Below are positions 63,906 to 64,000 of a stretch of 64,000 bases of DNA, piece by piece; the first letter of the stretch is position 1, and each line of letters begins with the position of its first letter. Origin of the DNA: Candidatus Pyrohabitans sp. JdFR-17 (GTDB lineage Archaea > Hydrothermarchaeota > Hydrothermarchaeia > Hydrothermarchaeales > BMS3B); assembly GCA_002011115.2 (NCBI GenBank), contig MTME02000068.1, positions 606 to 64,605 of the forward strand. Direction: 5' to 3'. Below the pieces are notes generated by a model, which searched no databases, was not told the DNA's origin, and saw nothing but the letters and a program-made list of their open reading frames with translations. The position numbers were made by a program, and so were the translations under genes.

Positions 63906-64000
63906 ATGACAATTAACCAAAAGATTGACGAAAGACTAGAAGCAAAATTTTACGAAAAAGCAGCAAAAAAATTCGGTTATAAAAAAGGTAATAAGAAAAA
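63906..64000 (+). CDS. Partial ORF, possibly a ribbon-helix-helix-type small regulator (runs off the window)
   Basis: MTINQKIDERLEAKFYEKAAKKFGYKKGNKK... Preceded by a TATA-like ACTATATAT and a cluster of TGTAG repeats. Confidence 0.25.
   Translation, partial: MTINQKIDERLEAKFYEKAAKKFGYKKGNKK

Noticed and set aside
1-64000. CRISPR arrays, rRNA genes, transposases, integrases, inteins
   Set aside because: I scanned for regularly spaced direct repeats, for DDE or tyrosine-recombinase-like ORFs and for intein-like insertions in large proteins, and found none. The only repeats seen are those listed in the features.

Overview
This is an archaeal chromosomal window. The evidence is O-phosphoseryl-tRNA synthetase (SepRS), an archaeal-type SRP RNA, Tfx, class-III-signal-peptide pilins and TATA-like AT-rich intergenic regions. 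No tools were run: all calls come from reading the ORF track and DNA by eye, and family names are recalled from motifs, not searched. Coordinates of features not in the ORF track may be off by 1-2 nt. The sucC start was set by reading frame.

Layout:
(1) 1-8.6 kb: molybdenum cofactor genes (moaE, mobB, moeA), molybdate ABC transporter modABC with an FmdE-like gene, Tfx, and two tandem tatA genes co-transcribed with a response regulator.
(2) 8.7-20.9 kb, all on the + strand: a LVIVD beta-propeller lipoprotein, a heme-c sensor kinase and a response regulator. These are followed by a Nap-type periplasmic nitrate reductase set (napA, lipoprotein, napG, napH, napD) ending in a circularly permuted FrhB-like protein. 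Next come an octaheme HAO-family cytochrome c with a CGP-type C-terminal anchor, a small zinc ribbon and a 12-TM protein with three HxH repeats. I read this as a candidate, non-canonical nitrate-to-ammonium respiratory island. It is the most interesting system in the window.
(3) 21-29 kb: transporters, a ZraP-like/SHOCT pair, an MBL hydrolase, Nre and AlaX.
(4) 29.1-41.4 kb: a visibly AT-rich surface-glycosylation island. It holds two UPF0104 flippase-like genes, a GT2, four large GT-C-like membrane proteins, a DPPR-synthase-like UbiA prenyltransferase, a metallophosphoesterase with an in-frame TAG, and a DUF362 protein.
(5) 40.9-46.9 kb: an Epd/Tad-like type IV pilus locus. It has two Flp-like pilins, TadB- and TadC-like platform proteins and a 1078-aa ATPase made of two complete fused secretion-ATPase modules.
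(6) 47-64 kb: housekeeping genes (pgk, two MinD-like ATPases, sucCD, NYN protein, SepRS, SRP RNA, tRNA-Ser(GCU), iorAB, trpB2, ubiD). This stretch also contains a family of structured hairpin repeats and a small PIN module bounded by a duplicated tRNA 3' end.

No CRISPR array, rRNA, transposase or integrase was seen.
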